A stretch of 30,900 nt of DNA from Candidatus Methanomethylophilaceae archaeon. GTDB taxonomy: Archaea; Thermoplasmatota; Thermoplasmata; Methanomassiliicoccales; Methanomethylophilaceae. How positions within the stretch are numbered: position 1 is the first letter of the stretch; each line of letters begins with the position of its first letter. Below the pieces are notes generated by a model, which was not told the origin of the DNA, did not search any database, and worked only from the letters and a program-made list of their open reading frames with translations. The DNA lies in NCBI GenBank assembly GCA_050944155.1, contig JBMNQN010000009.1, positions 1-30,900 of the forward strand, in the 5' to 3' direction. Positions 7,726 to 17,334 of the stretch are shown here, piece by piece. A program made the position numbers and the translations under genes.

Positions 7726-8637
7726 TCAGTACTTTCCGTATACGCCCGTGCTCAGATATTTTTCTCCTCCGTCGGGCAGAACGGCTAGGAGTTTCTTCCC
7801 TTTATTATCTTTACTGAATTCCACCGCGGCGGCGACTGCGGCGCCCGAGGAAATTCCGGCGAATATGCCTTCTTCCCGCGCCAGTCTTACGGCGGTTCTT
7901 TCCGCGTCTTCCGAAGTTACGGTAACGATGCCGAACAAACGTTCTTCGTCCAGACATCCGGGTACGAAATTGGCTCCGATTCCCTGTATGCGGTGGGGTC
8001 CGGATACGCCGGAAGAGATCAGAGGGCTTTCCGCCGGTTCCACTCCGATGACTCTGGTTTTGGATCCGGCGTCTTCGAAGACCTGCGCTATGCCGGTGGC
8101 CGTTCCTCCGGTTCCGATTCCGCAGAATACGAAATCCGCGTCGGGCAGGTCTCTGAGAATTTCTTTTCCGGTACCGGTTCTGTGGGCGGAAGGGTTCGCG
8201 GGATTTTCGAACTGATTGGGGAGAAACGCTCCGGTTTTCTCGGCTATTTCTTCGGCTTTGTCGGTTGCGCCTTTCATTCCCAGGGAGCCGGGGGTGAGAA
8301 CGATTTCGGCTCCGTAGGCCCTCATGTACGCTATGCGTTCTTCGGACATCGTGTCCGGCATGACCATAATCGCCTTGTAGCCTCTCACCGCGGCAGCCAT
8401 GCACAGGGCGATACCCGTGTTTCCGGAGGTGGGTTCGACAATCGTGCCGCCGGGACCCAGAAGTCCCGATGCTTCGGCGTCTTCTATCATGGACAGTGCC
8501 GCACGGTCCTTTATCGAACCTCCCGGATTGCCGCGTTCCGGTTTAACGTATATTTCGGCTCCCGGAGGAACGATCCTGCGGAGTCTTACAATCGGAGTTT
8601 CTCCGACGGTTTCCAGAATATTCCCGTATACTGCCAT
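7726..8637 (-). CDS. cysK: Cysteine synthase (O-acetylserine sulfhydrylase)
   Basis: NPGGSIKDR (PLP Lys), [36 protein letters not shown]. Confidence 0.95.
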   Translation of the reverse strand: MAVYGNILETVGETPIVRLRRIVPPGAEIYVKPERGNPGGSIKDRAALSMIEDAEASGLLGPGGTIVEPTSGNTGIALCMAAAVRGYKAIMVMPDTMSEERIAYMRAYGAEIVLTPGSLGMKGATDKAEEIAEKTGAFLPNQFENPANPSAHRTGTGKEILRDLPDADFVFCGIGTGGTATGIAQVFEDAGSKTRVIGVEPAESPLISSGVSGPHRIQGIGANFVPGCLDEERLFGIVTVTSEDAERTAVRLAREEGIFAGISSGAAVAAAVEFSKDNKGKKLLAVLPDGGEKYLSTGVYGKY

Positions 8638-8674
8638 CGGACATACCTTATCGGGAATCCGCGATAATAACTTT

Positions 8675-9214
8675 TCAGAATTCTATTCCTCTTCTGGCAC
8701 CTACACCCCTGTCGAAAGGATGTTTTATCAGTTTCATTTCCGTCACCAGATCCGCATAGTCTTTGATTTCTTCGGGAGCACCTCTTCCGGTGAGAACCAC
8801 TTCCGTGTTGGGAGCTCTTTTTTCCAAAACCGCGATGACTTCCGAAGGCGCGAGAAGCTCCCAGGACATGGCCACGTTTATCTCGTCCGCAATCACCAAA
8901 TCGTATTTCCCGGAAGACAGTATTTCCGACAGGCGGGACAGGGCTTCCTTTGCAAGCCTGATGTCTTCTTCTCTGGGAACGTCGGTCCCCATGTGGTCCA
9001 GTCCCAGAGAAATGATTTCGAAAAGACCGGTTTCTCTGGCGGCAATCTGTTCGCCGTATTCTTCCGAAGGTTTGAGAAACTGAACGACTATGGTTTTAAG
9101 CCCGCATCCGGAGGCTCTGAACGCAAGACCCAGAGACGCGGTTGTTTTCCCCTTGCCGTTTCCGGTGTAAACCTGAACGAGACCCAATTTTTTCTTCGCC
9201 TTTTCCGGATTCAT
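8675..9214 (-). CDS. cobO: Cob(I)yrinic acid a,c-diamide adenosyltransferase (CobO/BtuR/CobA type)
   Basis: GLVQVYTGNGKGKTTASLG, VQFLK, DE, VLTGR, ADLVTEM..KHPF, GIEF; start placed at ATG 9214 (9229 is an alternative). Confidence 0.92.
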   Translation of the reverse strand: MNPEKAKKKLGLVQVYTGNGKGKTTASLGLAFRASGCGLKTIVVQFLKPSEEYGEQIAARETGLFEIISLGLDHMGTDVPREEDIRLAKEALSRLSEILSSGKYDLVIADEINVAMSWELLAPSEVIAVLEKRAPNTEVVLTGRGAPEEIKDYADLVTEMKLIKHPFDRGVGARRGIEF

Positions 9215-9300
9215 GATACTGTATCGCATGGCAATGATTAAATTATGGCGCATATAATCGCTGAAAAGGAACTTAAGAGAAGGGCGGAGATTATGGAGGG

Positions 9301-10695
9301 GTGCGCGTGAATTCCGAGAATAAGAAGCTGCTTGCGGCATCGTGTTTCGCGGCATTCATCACGCCCTTTACGGGAACCATGCTGAATCTTTCTCTGGTGA
9401 ACATCGGAGACGAATTCGGCGTAGGTTCACACAATCTCGCTTACATCAACACCATTTTTCTGGTGGCTTCCGTCGTATTTATGGTTCCTCTGGCGAAAAT
9501 TTCCGACATATACGGAAGGAAGAAGGTATTCAAAGCGGGGCTGGCAGTTTACGGACTCGCTTCGCTGCTGGGATTCTTCTCTCCGAGTTTCGGTTTTCTC
9601 CTTGCGATGCGGGTAATGATGGGTTTGGGAACCGCTGCCATAGCGGGCACGTCCATTACCATGCTGACCGACGCTTTCCCGGCGGACGAAAGAGGGGGAG
9701 CCATAGGACTCAACACTTCCAGCGTCTATCTGGGAACGGCCCTCGGGCCGGTTTTAGGCGGAATCATAAACGATTTCCTCGGATGGAGATCCGTACTGCT
9801 CATACCCGTCCCGCTTGCATTGCTGGCTCTGTTTATGATTTCCATAACCGGTAAGGATTCTTCTGTTCTTTACGGAAAGCGTTTCGACTTGGCCGGCACG
9901 GTTCTCTATTCCTCTGCAATCATATTTTCGATGCTAGGTCTGGCGAATCTTCCGAACCCGACCGCCGCGGTCTTCTGCGTACTGGGTCTTTTCCTTCTGT
10001 GGATTTTCGTGAGATATGCGAAGCGCATGGAAGAGCCGATACTGGACGTCAGAATATTCTCCAACAGCCTGTTTTCCCGTTCCTGCTTCGCTTCTCTTTT
10101 GGGAAATTCCGCAAATTTTGCTGTGGCTTTCTTCATGGCGCTGTATCTCCAGACCGTAGGCGCTCTCACGTCGTCGCAGGCGGGACTGGTGATGCTTACC
10201 CAGACCATCGTTCAGGTGGCTTTCACCGCGTATTTCGGAAGACTCCACGACAGGATGAACGACAAGAGGATACTTCCCACGGCGGGAATAGGACTCACCA
10301 CCATGGGAGTTCTGCTGATGATGGTAATCCCCGTTACGATGAATCTGCCGCTGGTGGTTGTCACTCTGGGTCTTTTCGGAATGGGGAACGCAGTGTTCAA
10401 CGCGCCCAACACGGCGACGATAATGTCCTCCGTCTGTCCGGAAGACCGTGCGGCCGCTTCCGCGATGGTCGCCGTGATGAGACAGTCCGGAATGATGATC
10501 TGCATGGGTATCGCCATGACTTCGATAGCTCTCGTGATGGGAAGTCTCGACAACCTCATGCCGTCCACGTACTCTTCCTTCGTGGACGCGATACACCTGT
10601 CGTTCCTGATCTCCGCATTCATGTGCGTCGCGGCGATGACGGTATCCTGGTTCAGGGGCAGAGGATACGAGTGCACAGACGACATTTCCGTCTAA
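9301..10695 (+). CDS. MFS transporter, DHA2-like (about 14 TM)
   Basis: KISDIYGRKK motif A, GPVLGG motif C, many hydrophobic helices; GTG start after GGAGGG. Confidence 0.9.
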   Translation: MRVNSENKKLLAASCFAAFITPFTGTMLNLSLVNIGDEFGVGSHNLAYINTIFLVASVVFMVPLAKISDIYGRKKVFKAGLAVYGLASLLGFFSPSFGFLLAMRVMMGLGTAAIAGTSITMLTDAFPADERGGAIGLNTSSVYLGTALGPVLGGIINDFLGWRSVLLIPVPLALLALFMISITGKDSSVLYGKRFDLAGTVLYSSAIIFSMLGLANLPNPTAAVFCVLGLFLLWIFVRYAKRMEEPILDVRIFSNSLFSRSCFASLLGNSANFAVAFFMALYLQTVGALTSSQAGLVMLTQTIVQVAFTAYFGRLHDRMNDKRILPTAGIGLTTMGVLLMMVIPVTMNLPLVVVTLGLFGMGNAVFNAPNTATIMSSVCPEDRAAASAMVAVMRQSGMMICMGIAMTSIALVMGSLDNLMPSTYSSFVDAIHLSFLISAFMCVAAMTVSWFRGRGYECTDDISV

Positions 10696-10727
10696 AATCC
10701 TAAATAAGCAGGCTTCCGTTCCCGTGC

Positions 10728-11747
10728 GTGGACGGAGTGTCTTCTGCCGAGAAGGAAAACTTCCGGTTTCAGATAATTGTAGTTACGGTCGGCATTGCCC
10801 TCTTCGCCGCAAAAACGGCTGCGTATCTCATGACGAATTCGGTCGCCATTTTTACCGATGCAGCCGAAAGCATCGTGAACGTAGTCGCGGGAATAATCGG
10901 GCTTTACGCACTGTACATCTCTCCGAAACCCCCGGACAGAGAACATCCCTACGGCCACGGACGTGCCGAAGTCATTTCCGCGGCGGCCGAAGGAATGATG
11001 ATCATGGGCGCGGGAGTAATCATAATGATTTCCGCGGTGGACGGAATCATGAATCCCAAGCCCCTCAGGGAACTGGATATAGGAATTCTGGTGATATTCG
11101 CGGCCGCGATGGTGAATCTTGCCGTCGGGACGGCGGCGATACGCAGGGGAAGAAGGAACCGTTCCCAGGCTCTGGAAGCCAGCGGAAGACATCTGCGCAC
11201 CGATACCATAGATTCTCTGGGAATCATAGTCGGGCTGATTGCGGTCTATGCCGGAATGCGTCTGGGTTACGACATTGCGTGGCTGGATCCGGTCATAGCG
11301 ATAATCTTCGGCGTTCTGATCATGTCGGCGGGAATCAAAGTTCTGAAAGGATGCATCGATACCGTCATGGCCCGTGCGGAAGACGATGTCGTGGACACTG
11401 TGGTGAAATGCATAAACAGCAAAAGGCACGACGACTGGGTGGACGTTCACAACCTGAGAATAATGAGGTTCGGAACCAGATACGTGATAGAGATGCACGC
11501 AACGTTCCCCAGAGACATGACCATAGGAAGGGCCGAACAGGAGATGAAAGAACTTCTGGAAGCCCTGAAGACGGAATTCGGGGACTCCGCGGAACTCATA
11601 ATCAAGCCGGAACCCTGCCGCGGATTTTCATGCCCGTTATGTGCCAGAGACTGCAGCTACAGGGAACATCCGTTCAGCAGCAGGATAGAGTGGACGGCGG
11701 ATACCATGGTTCAGAGAAGACAGCACAATCTGGAAGAAGAAGGATAA
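10728..11747 (+). CDS. Cation diffusion facilitator (FieF-like) with Cys-rich tail
   Basis: SVAIFTDAAES, PPDREHPYGHGRAE, HLRTD, LDP, DVHNLR. Confidence 0.92.
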   Translation: MDGVSSAEKENFRFQIIVVTVGIALFAAKTAAYLMTNSVAIFTDAAESIVNVVAGIIGLYALYISPKPPDREHPYGHGRAEVISAAAEGMMIMGAGVIIMISAVDGIMNPKPLRELDIGILVIFAAAMVNLAVGTAAIRRGRRNRSQALEASGRHLRTDTIDSLGIIVGLIAVYAGMRLGYDIAWLDPVIAIIFGVLIMSAGIKVLKGCIDTVMARAEDDVVDTVVKCINSKRHDDWVDVHNLRIMRFGTRYVIEMHATFPRDMTIGRAEQEMKELLEALKTEFGDSAELIIKPEPCRGFSCPLCARDCSYREHPFSSRIEWTADTMVQRRQHNLEEEG

Positions 11748-11771
11748 ATAGAACCCCGCGGATTCGTAATT

Positions 11772-12347
11772 ATGCTTTTCAGAAAGGACGTTCCCAAAGA
11801 AATATCCGCCGTGAAACTTTCGAAATGGTATAACGGACTGGACGACAGAAACAAGAACAGGCTCTCCCGCTACATCGAGGGAGCGGACGTTTCGTCCCGT
11901 GCGGATTTTCTCAGAGACGTCATATCCAAAGCATACGCGGACGAAAACTACGCGGCGGCCATACTTATCGGAGAAGCCGCGGAATCTATGGACCTGACAA
12001 AAAAGGAACTTTTCTTCATATCCGAAGAATACATACTGGCACTGTACGCCGGCAAGAACTACGGAGAAGCCAAGAGACTCTGCTGCAGGAATCTGGAATT
12101 CATTCCGGAACTGTATTCCGACATCGTCGTCGACGGCGTCATTCCCGAGAGAATGCCCTGCAGGAACAGGCTCATAGACATCATGGTTCTCGCCGAGAAA
12201 GATTACGACGGAGCGGACAGAATGCTGGAACGCTACTGCGAGATGGGAATCCTTTCGGAAGAAGATCTGTTTTACCGCAGGCAGAGTCTGAAGATACACA
12301 GGCTTCAGAGAACTTTCGACGGAATCTTCACCGGGAACACCCCGTGA
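11772..12347 (+). CDS. Hypothetical alpha-helical (TPR-like) protein
   Basis: 191-aa ORF with typical codon usage, follows the CDF gene in the same direction. Confidence 0.7.
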   Translation: MLFRKDVPKEISAVKLSKWYNGLDDRNKNRLSRYIEGADVSSRADFLRDVISKAYADENYAAAILIGEAAESMDLTKKELFFISEEYILALYAGKNYGEAKRLCCRNLEFIPELYSDIVVDGVIPERMPCRNRLIDIMVLAEKDYDGADRMLERYCEMGILSEEDLFYRRQSLKIHRLQRTFDGIFTGNTP

Positions 12348-12672
12348 CCGATTTCCAGGGAATTATGGGAATCACGTCTATTGCGGGTTCTTCGTAAGGG
12401 TGCACCTGCACAACCGTTCCGATTGCGCGCTGTAAGTCTTCTTCTTTCACGGCGAACTGCACTATCGTTTCTTTTGCCTTGGTAATCTTTCCGGTTTCTC
12501 CGTTATACGGATCGGAGCCTTCGAGAGGTCTCCACATCCCTTCGGCTTCCCACATTGAGAAAACCATGTCGTATCCGGGATAGATCTGGGTCATTGCGGA
12601 ATTGACTTTTTCCGTAAGCTCTTTCACGTACTCTTTCGGAATCGCAACGGATATTTTGTAAATTTTTTCCAT
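12328..12672 (-). CDS. YqfO/Nif3 PII-like domain protein
   Basis: YK..V.IP, GYD..FS....GMWRPLEGSDPYNG, VHPYEEPAIDV motifs. Confidence 0.85.
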   Translation of the reverse strand: MEKIYKISVAIPKEYVKELTEKVNSAMTQIYPGYDMVFSMWEAEGMWRPLEGSDPYNGETGKITKAKETIVQFAVKEEDLQRAIGTVVQVHPYEEPAIDVIPIIPWKSVTGCSR

Positions 12673-12737
12673 AAGACGGATGAAGGAATGTTAAAAAGAG
12701 AAGTAAAAGGTTTGGATGTCTTTCCGTGAGGAAAAAA

Positions 12738-13259
12738 TCAGTTTACCGCCTTTTTGAAGAGGGGCAGAATTCCTACGATTGCAATCATGATGCTTCCGAC
12801 AAGGCAGAGGTAAGCTCCGGCTCCCGTCTTCAGGGAAATAGAACCGAGAAGTCCGGTGATCGAACCGGTCTGGTCTCCGAACCAAACGATGAAGAGAACG
12901 GAGAACACAACCAGAAGGATGCATATGAGGATCTGGATGATACCCACAATCTTTCCGGTGTTGCCCTTAAAGATGCCGTCGGGGATGATTGCGAGGATCA
13001 GCGATATTACTGCGAATACGAGACAAATCATGGGGAACATGTTCTGAACCGCGTCGTAAGCATCAGTGCCCTCGGCAAAGACTTTTTTGTCGAAGAAATC
13101 CATCCCTGTATAGTTCGTTGTATCGGTGTTTCCGAGCAATGTCACATCTAGGGTTCCCCAGGCGAGGAAGAACGATATTATGACCAATATCGCACCTATG
13201 ATGCCGAACAGCTGGAATACCGAGAACGACCCAACTTTCTTATCTACAAACGAAGTCAT
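12738..13259 (-). CDS. Hypothetical 4-TM membrane protein
   Basis: Four hydrophobic segments; FLAW...YTGMD and GAGAYL patterns; start placed at ATG 13259 with AT-rich promoter region upstream. Confidence 0.75.
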   Translation of the reverse strand: MTSFVDKKVGSFSVFQLFGIIGAILVIISFFLAWGTLDVTLLGNTDTTNYTGMDFFDKKVFAEGTDAYDAVQNMFPMICLVFAVISLILAIIPDGIFKGNTGKIVGIIQILICILLVVFSVLFIVWFGDQTGSITGLLGSISLKTGAGAYLCLVGSIMIAIVGILPLFKKAVN

Positions 13260-13409
13260 TTTTCTCACATGTGTTGATGTATCCAACACGATACTTAAAG
13301 TTCTGATGTCGATATAAATAGGTTGCTGAAAATAATAACCTAAATTCTTTTTTTGTTATCAATAAATGCTGTAAAAACGTCATTAATGTATATATTTATA
13401 CATTAAACA

Positions 13410-14366
13410 TTAAACGCTGTTAGCAGACTGCTGTGACAACATTTCGTCAATAATGGCCAATCTCTTATCCGCTTCGGCATTTGCTTTTTTGGCGGTTTTC
13501 TTCAGGAAAGAGGTGCTGAGAACCGTACCGATCATGGATACGAAAGGCACAAGGTAAACCATCCCCCCGACGATTCCGGCGACCTTTTTCAGCGCGGTTA
13601 TGCTGTTGATTTTTTCTATAATATGGTTTTCGTGTTCGTCTGGAAGTTTTCCCATCAGGGATTTTGCCATGAGTTTCTGTCCGCCGTAGACGACTTCCAT
13701 GCTCCACTGCACTTCGGTGAGAACGGGAGCGGGGGTACCCACGGGAACTGTGGTTCTGTTAAGAACGGCTTTTCTGAAGTCTTCGGCGGTGTTTCCTTCG
13801 AATTCCGTCCAGTTGTATCCGGACGTACAGCGGGAATGTGCGTCGCTTCCGGAAATCTGGGCCCATCTTCCCGGGTACCTTTCGGCTACGGTTTTTGCGA
13901 AGGCGTTGGAATACGGGTCCACATGCCCTCCGTTTATGACTTCGATTCCGTCTATGTCGACTTCGAACATCTTTTCCTGAAGTCCGCAGACATGGGTGCT
14001 GAACGGATGGGGGGCGATGGTGAGTCCGCCCTGGGACCTTACGATGTCGACGGTTTCTTCGGCGGTGAGTCCTTCCGGAACCCTTTCGTTAAGGAAAAGT
14101 CCTATGATTTCGCCGTCGGAGGTCATCACTTCTTCGCCTGCGATCACGTCGATGTCGTCGTATTTTTTGGCGTACTTCTGAGCGGCGAAAGCTCCGTAGG
14201 TTTCGTTGTGGTCGGTTATGCAGAGAACGTCCATTCCGTTTTTTCTGGCGTTGTCAACCTGTTTTTCCGGAGAAACGACCGATTCGGGAAACTTAAGCAC
14301 TCCGAATCGGGCTATTCCCGAGTATATGGTATGGACGTGCGTATCTGCCCTTCCCATCTTGGACAT
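13410..14366 (-). CDS. PHP-domain metal-dependent phosphoesterase with C-terminal hydrophobic extension
   Basis: DTHVHT, ITDHN, GEE, APHPF, EVIN, GSDAH. Confidence 0.9.
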   Translation of the reverse strand: MSKMGRADTHVHTIYSGIARFGVLKFPESVVSPEKQVDNARKNGMDVLCITDHNETYGAFAAQKYAKKYDDIDVIAGEEVMTSDGEIIGLFLNERVPEGLTAEETVDIVRSQGGLTIAPHPFSTHVCGLQEKMFEVDIDGIEVINGGHVDPYSNAFAKTVAERYPGRWAQISGSDAHSRCTSGYNWTEFEGNTAEDFRKAVLNRTTVPVGTPAPVLTEVQWSMEVVYGGQKLMAKSLMGKLPDEHENHIIEKINSITALKKVAGIVGGMVYLVPFVSMIGTVLSTSFLKKTAKKANAEADKRLAIIDEMLSQQSANSV

Positions 14367-14476
14367 AATGTCACTTTAACGGCGTCGATATATAATAATT
14401 ATCTCAGAAATAACCATCGTTAACCCGATTCTAGGGAGGCGTACGGAGTTATAGCGGTAGTACCCGTTACGGGTGC

Positions 14477-15427
14477 ATGGAATGGGTTCTGCTCGGAATT
14501 CCCGTGGGTATAGTTCTTCTTTACATAGGGTCCGAGCTGACGGTGGACGGAGCCAAGAAATTCGCGCTCCTGATGGGAATAACTCCCTTCGCGGCGGGAC
14601 TCACCATAGTTGCAATCGGATCTTCCCTGCCGGAAGCTATAACATCTATAGTGAGCCGCGATAACCCGGAAATAATCATAGGGAATATCATAGGCAGCAA
14701 TTCCGCCAACGCAGGGATTGCCATAGGTCTCGCGGCAGTCATAAGCCCCATAGCCTGTAAGTTCGCTGACATAAAATTCGAGATGGCTGCGATGATTGCG
14801 GCGGTGTTTTCCATTCTCATTCTTTCACTGAACGGAAGCCTGGGATACATCGACGGAATCATACTGCTGGCTATGCTGGTTTTATTCATAGCCGGAGTTT
14901 ACAGATTCAAGTCGAAAAACGCCGCGGAAGATGCGGAGGAAGAGAAACCGTCCGGTTCTAAAATTCTGTCGATAGGTATGGCTGCCGCGGGAATCGTTCT
15001 TCTTTATTTCGGAGCGAAATGGTTTATAGGCGGAGCGGTGAGGCTTGCGGAAATATCAGGTCTGTCGGATCTTATAATCGGTCTGGTTCTCGTGGCGGTG
15101 GGGTCCGCCCTCCCGGAAATAAGCATATGCCTCATGGCGGCGTACCGCGGAGAGAACGAACTGGCGGTGAGCAACGTGGTCGGAAGCATTGTGTTCAACA
15201 CGTTTTTCGCCCTGGGCATAGGAGCGCTTTTCGCAGATATCCCCATAGGAAAAACCACGCTTATATTCCACATCCCGGTGATGATATTCCTGGCATCCGC
15301 CGTATTTTTCTTCGTGTACAGGAAAAATGCCGTGGGAAGGAAAGCGGGAGCCGTTCTCTTTTCAGCTTACGCCGTATATCTGGCACTTATGTTTTTCTTC
15401 CCGGAACTGACGTCGGGAATACTGTGA
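14477..15427 (+). CDS. Ca2+/Na+ antiporter, CaCA (YrbG) family
   Basis: Two alpha repeats: GSSLPE...GNIIGSN and GSALPE...SNVVGSIVFN. Confidence 0.9.
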   Translation: MEWVLLGIPVGIVLLYIGSELTVDGAKKFALLMGITPFAAGLTIVAIGSSLPEAITSIVSRDNPEIIIGNIIGSNSANAGIAIGLAAVISPIACKFADIKFEMAAMIAAVFSILILSLNGSLGYIDGIILLAMLVLFIAGVYRFKSKNAAEDAEEEKPSGSKILSIGMAAAGIVLLYFGAKWFIGGAVRLAEISGLSDLIIGLVLVAVGSALPEISICLMAAYRGENELAVSNVVGSIVFNTFFALGIGALFADIPIGKTTLIFHIPVMIFLASAVFFFVYRKNAVGRKAGAVLFSAYAVYLALMFFFPELTSGIL

Positions 15428-17194
15428 TCAGGCGTAGTAGTATTCTCCGCTGGCTTTCTGCTCCCTGTCCAGCCTCGAAGACGGTTTGTTGATTCTGGGT
15501 CTGTGGCTTTCCGCGTCTCTTCTGAAGGTTATGTCCACGGCGGAAAGGAACTTGTTCATTCCGTCCCTCATGTCGAAAGGACCCTCTCCAATGCCGTGTT
15601 TTCCGGGTTCGCCTCCGAAAACCATCATGGAATCCGAAACCATGTCCAGGAAGTAGATGTCGTGGTCCACGATCATTCCGCTGCGTCCGGTCTTTTCCAT
15701 CATTCTCCTTATGGTTTTGGCGGCGTTCATTCTCTGGTTGGAATCGAGATACGCGGAAGGTTCGTCGAAAAGATAGATGTCCGCATCTTCCAGAAGGCAT
15801 ACTGCGATGGCGACCCTCTGAAGTTCTCCTCCGGAGAGGTTCGGCACTTTCTTGTCCATCAGATATTTGATGCTGAGGGGTTCGATAACCTCGCTTTCGA
15901 AAAAGCCCGAAGACGCCTTTTCGTAATCCTTGTGGAACAGCAGGTCCCTCACCGTGCCGTCGAAATCTCCCGTGATGTACTGGGGTTTGTAGGAAACTTT
16001 CACCTTTCCGTCCAGTTTTCCGCTGTCGGGAGCGATATCTCCGGCGAGTATTTTCACGAATGTCGTTTTTCCCGTGGCGTTCGGACCGACGACACCCACG
16101 GATTCTCCGATTTTTATCGAACCGCCGGTCACGTCCAGGGAAAACTCTCCGAAATCTTTCTCGATGTCTTCGAACGAGAGCAGATCGAGAGCAACCCAGT
16201 CGGCTCTGGGAGGTGCGTCGGTGAATTCGATTGGACGGTCCCGGAATCTTATGTTCTCTTCCGGCAGGTATCCGTCGAGATAAACGTTGATTGCGGTCCT
16301 CACCTGTCTGGCCAAGGTGAACACTCCGTATGCTCCTTCGGAACCGTAAACAACGTTCACAACGTCGGCAAGGAAATCGAGAATAGCCAGGTCGTGTTCT
16401 ATGACGACGACCTGTTTGTCCGCGCTCAGGTCCTTTATTATGCGGGCCATTTTCACTCTCTGGTATATGTCCAGATAAGACGTGGGTTCGTCGAAGAAGT
16501 ACACATCGGCGTCTTTCATTACCGTGGCGGCCATGGCGACCCTCTGCAGTTCTCCTCCGGACAGTTTTTTGATGTCCCGGTCCAGAAGTTTGTCCAGTTC
16601 GAACATTTCCGCGGCTTCTTCGAGAGAAAGACGTCCGCTCACTCCCGAAAGAAGATTTCTCACGGGGCCGGAAGCGGCTTTGGGTATCAGGTCCACGTAC
16701 TGGGGTTTGATTGCGGTGCGGACCCTTCCCTCGTAAACTTCGGTAAGATATGTTTTGAGTTCGGTTCCGTCGTAATGTGCCAGCACCTCTTCTTTAGTGG
16801 GGGGATCATCATACCTTCCCAGGTTGGGAATCATCTCTCCGGACAGTATCTTTATCGCCGTCGTTTTCCCGATTCCGTTGGGTCCGAGTATTCCCGTGAC
16901 GGCGCCCCTTTTGGGAACGGGCAGACGGTAAAGTCTGAATGCGTTTTCTCCGTATCTGTGAACGATTTCGTTTTTCAGTTCGTCCGCCAGGCCGATTATC
17001 TTTATTGCGTCGAACTGGCACTTGTTGACGCAGATTCCGCATCCCTGGCACAGCGATTCCGAAATAATCGGTTTTCCTTTTTCTCCGAAAACTATGCATT
17101 CGACACCGGTTCTGACCAAGGGGCAGAACTTGGCGCATTCTTTGTTACATTTTCTGTTTTGGCACCTGTCCTGAAGGACCGCCGCGATTCGCAT
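15428..17194 (-). CDS. rli: Ribosome recycling ATPase ABCE1 (RLI)
   Basis: Start MRIAAV at 17194; N-terminal two [4Fe-4S] Cys motifs, two Walker A motifs (GPNGIGKT, GPNATGKT), LSGGELQR twice, ITFRRD...RPRINK tail. Confidence 0.96.
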   Translation of the reverse strand: MRIAAVLQDRCQNRKCNKECAKFCPLVRTGVECIVFGEKGKPIISESLCQGCGICVNKCQFDAIKIIGLADELKNEIVHRYGENAFRLYRLPVPKRGAVTGILGPNGIGKTTAIKILSGEMIPNLGRYDDPPTKEEVLAHYDGTELKTYLTEVYEGRVRTAIKPQYVDLIPKAASGPVRNLLSGVSGRLSLEEAAEMFELDKLLDRDIKKLSGGELQRVAMAATVMKDADVYFFDEPTSYLDIYQRVKMARIIKDLSADKQVVVIEHDLAILDFLADVVNVVYGSEGAYGVFTLARQVRTAINVYLDGYLPEENIRFRDRPIEFTDAPPRADWVALDLLSFEDIEKDFGEFSLDVTGGSIKIGESVGVVGPNATGKTTFVKILAGDIAPDSGKLDGKVKVSYKPQYITGDFDGTVRDLLFHKDYEKASSGFFESEVIEPLSIKYLMDKKVPNLSGGELQRVAIAVCLLEDADIYLFDEPSAYLDSNQRMNAAKTIRRMMEKTGRSGMIVDHDIYFLDMVSDSMMVFGGEPGKHGIGEGPFDMRDGMNKFLSAVDITFRRDAESHRPRINKPSSRLDREQKASGEYYYA

Positions 17195-17334
17195 GAACGC
17201 CCTTAGACCCAATTGGGATATAACTTTAAGGGAAGGTATCCGGCGTATTACGTTCCCGCCGGGACACACGGGTTACCTGCCTCTTTTCGCAGAGACTCGG
17301 AAAACCTGATATGCAACCTGTCAGAATCACCATC

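Noticed and set aside
9215-9355. Long N-terminal extension of cobO in the ORF track
   Set aside because: Overlaps the divergent MFS start and promoter region; family similarity starts near 9214
10724-11833. 369-aa Arg-rich ORF overlapping the CDF gene
   Set aside because: Alternative-frame artefact with R/G/S-rich composition
13290-13409. Very AT-rich 120-bp stretch as possible origin or ncRNA
   Set aside because: No ORB-like repeats, no cdc6 nearby, no stable structure; adequately explained as terminator plus promoter
15503-17206. 567-aa plus-strand ORF
   Set aside because: Antisense shadow of ABCE1 with no motifs; explained by codon bias of the real gene
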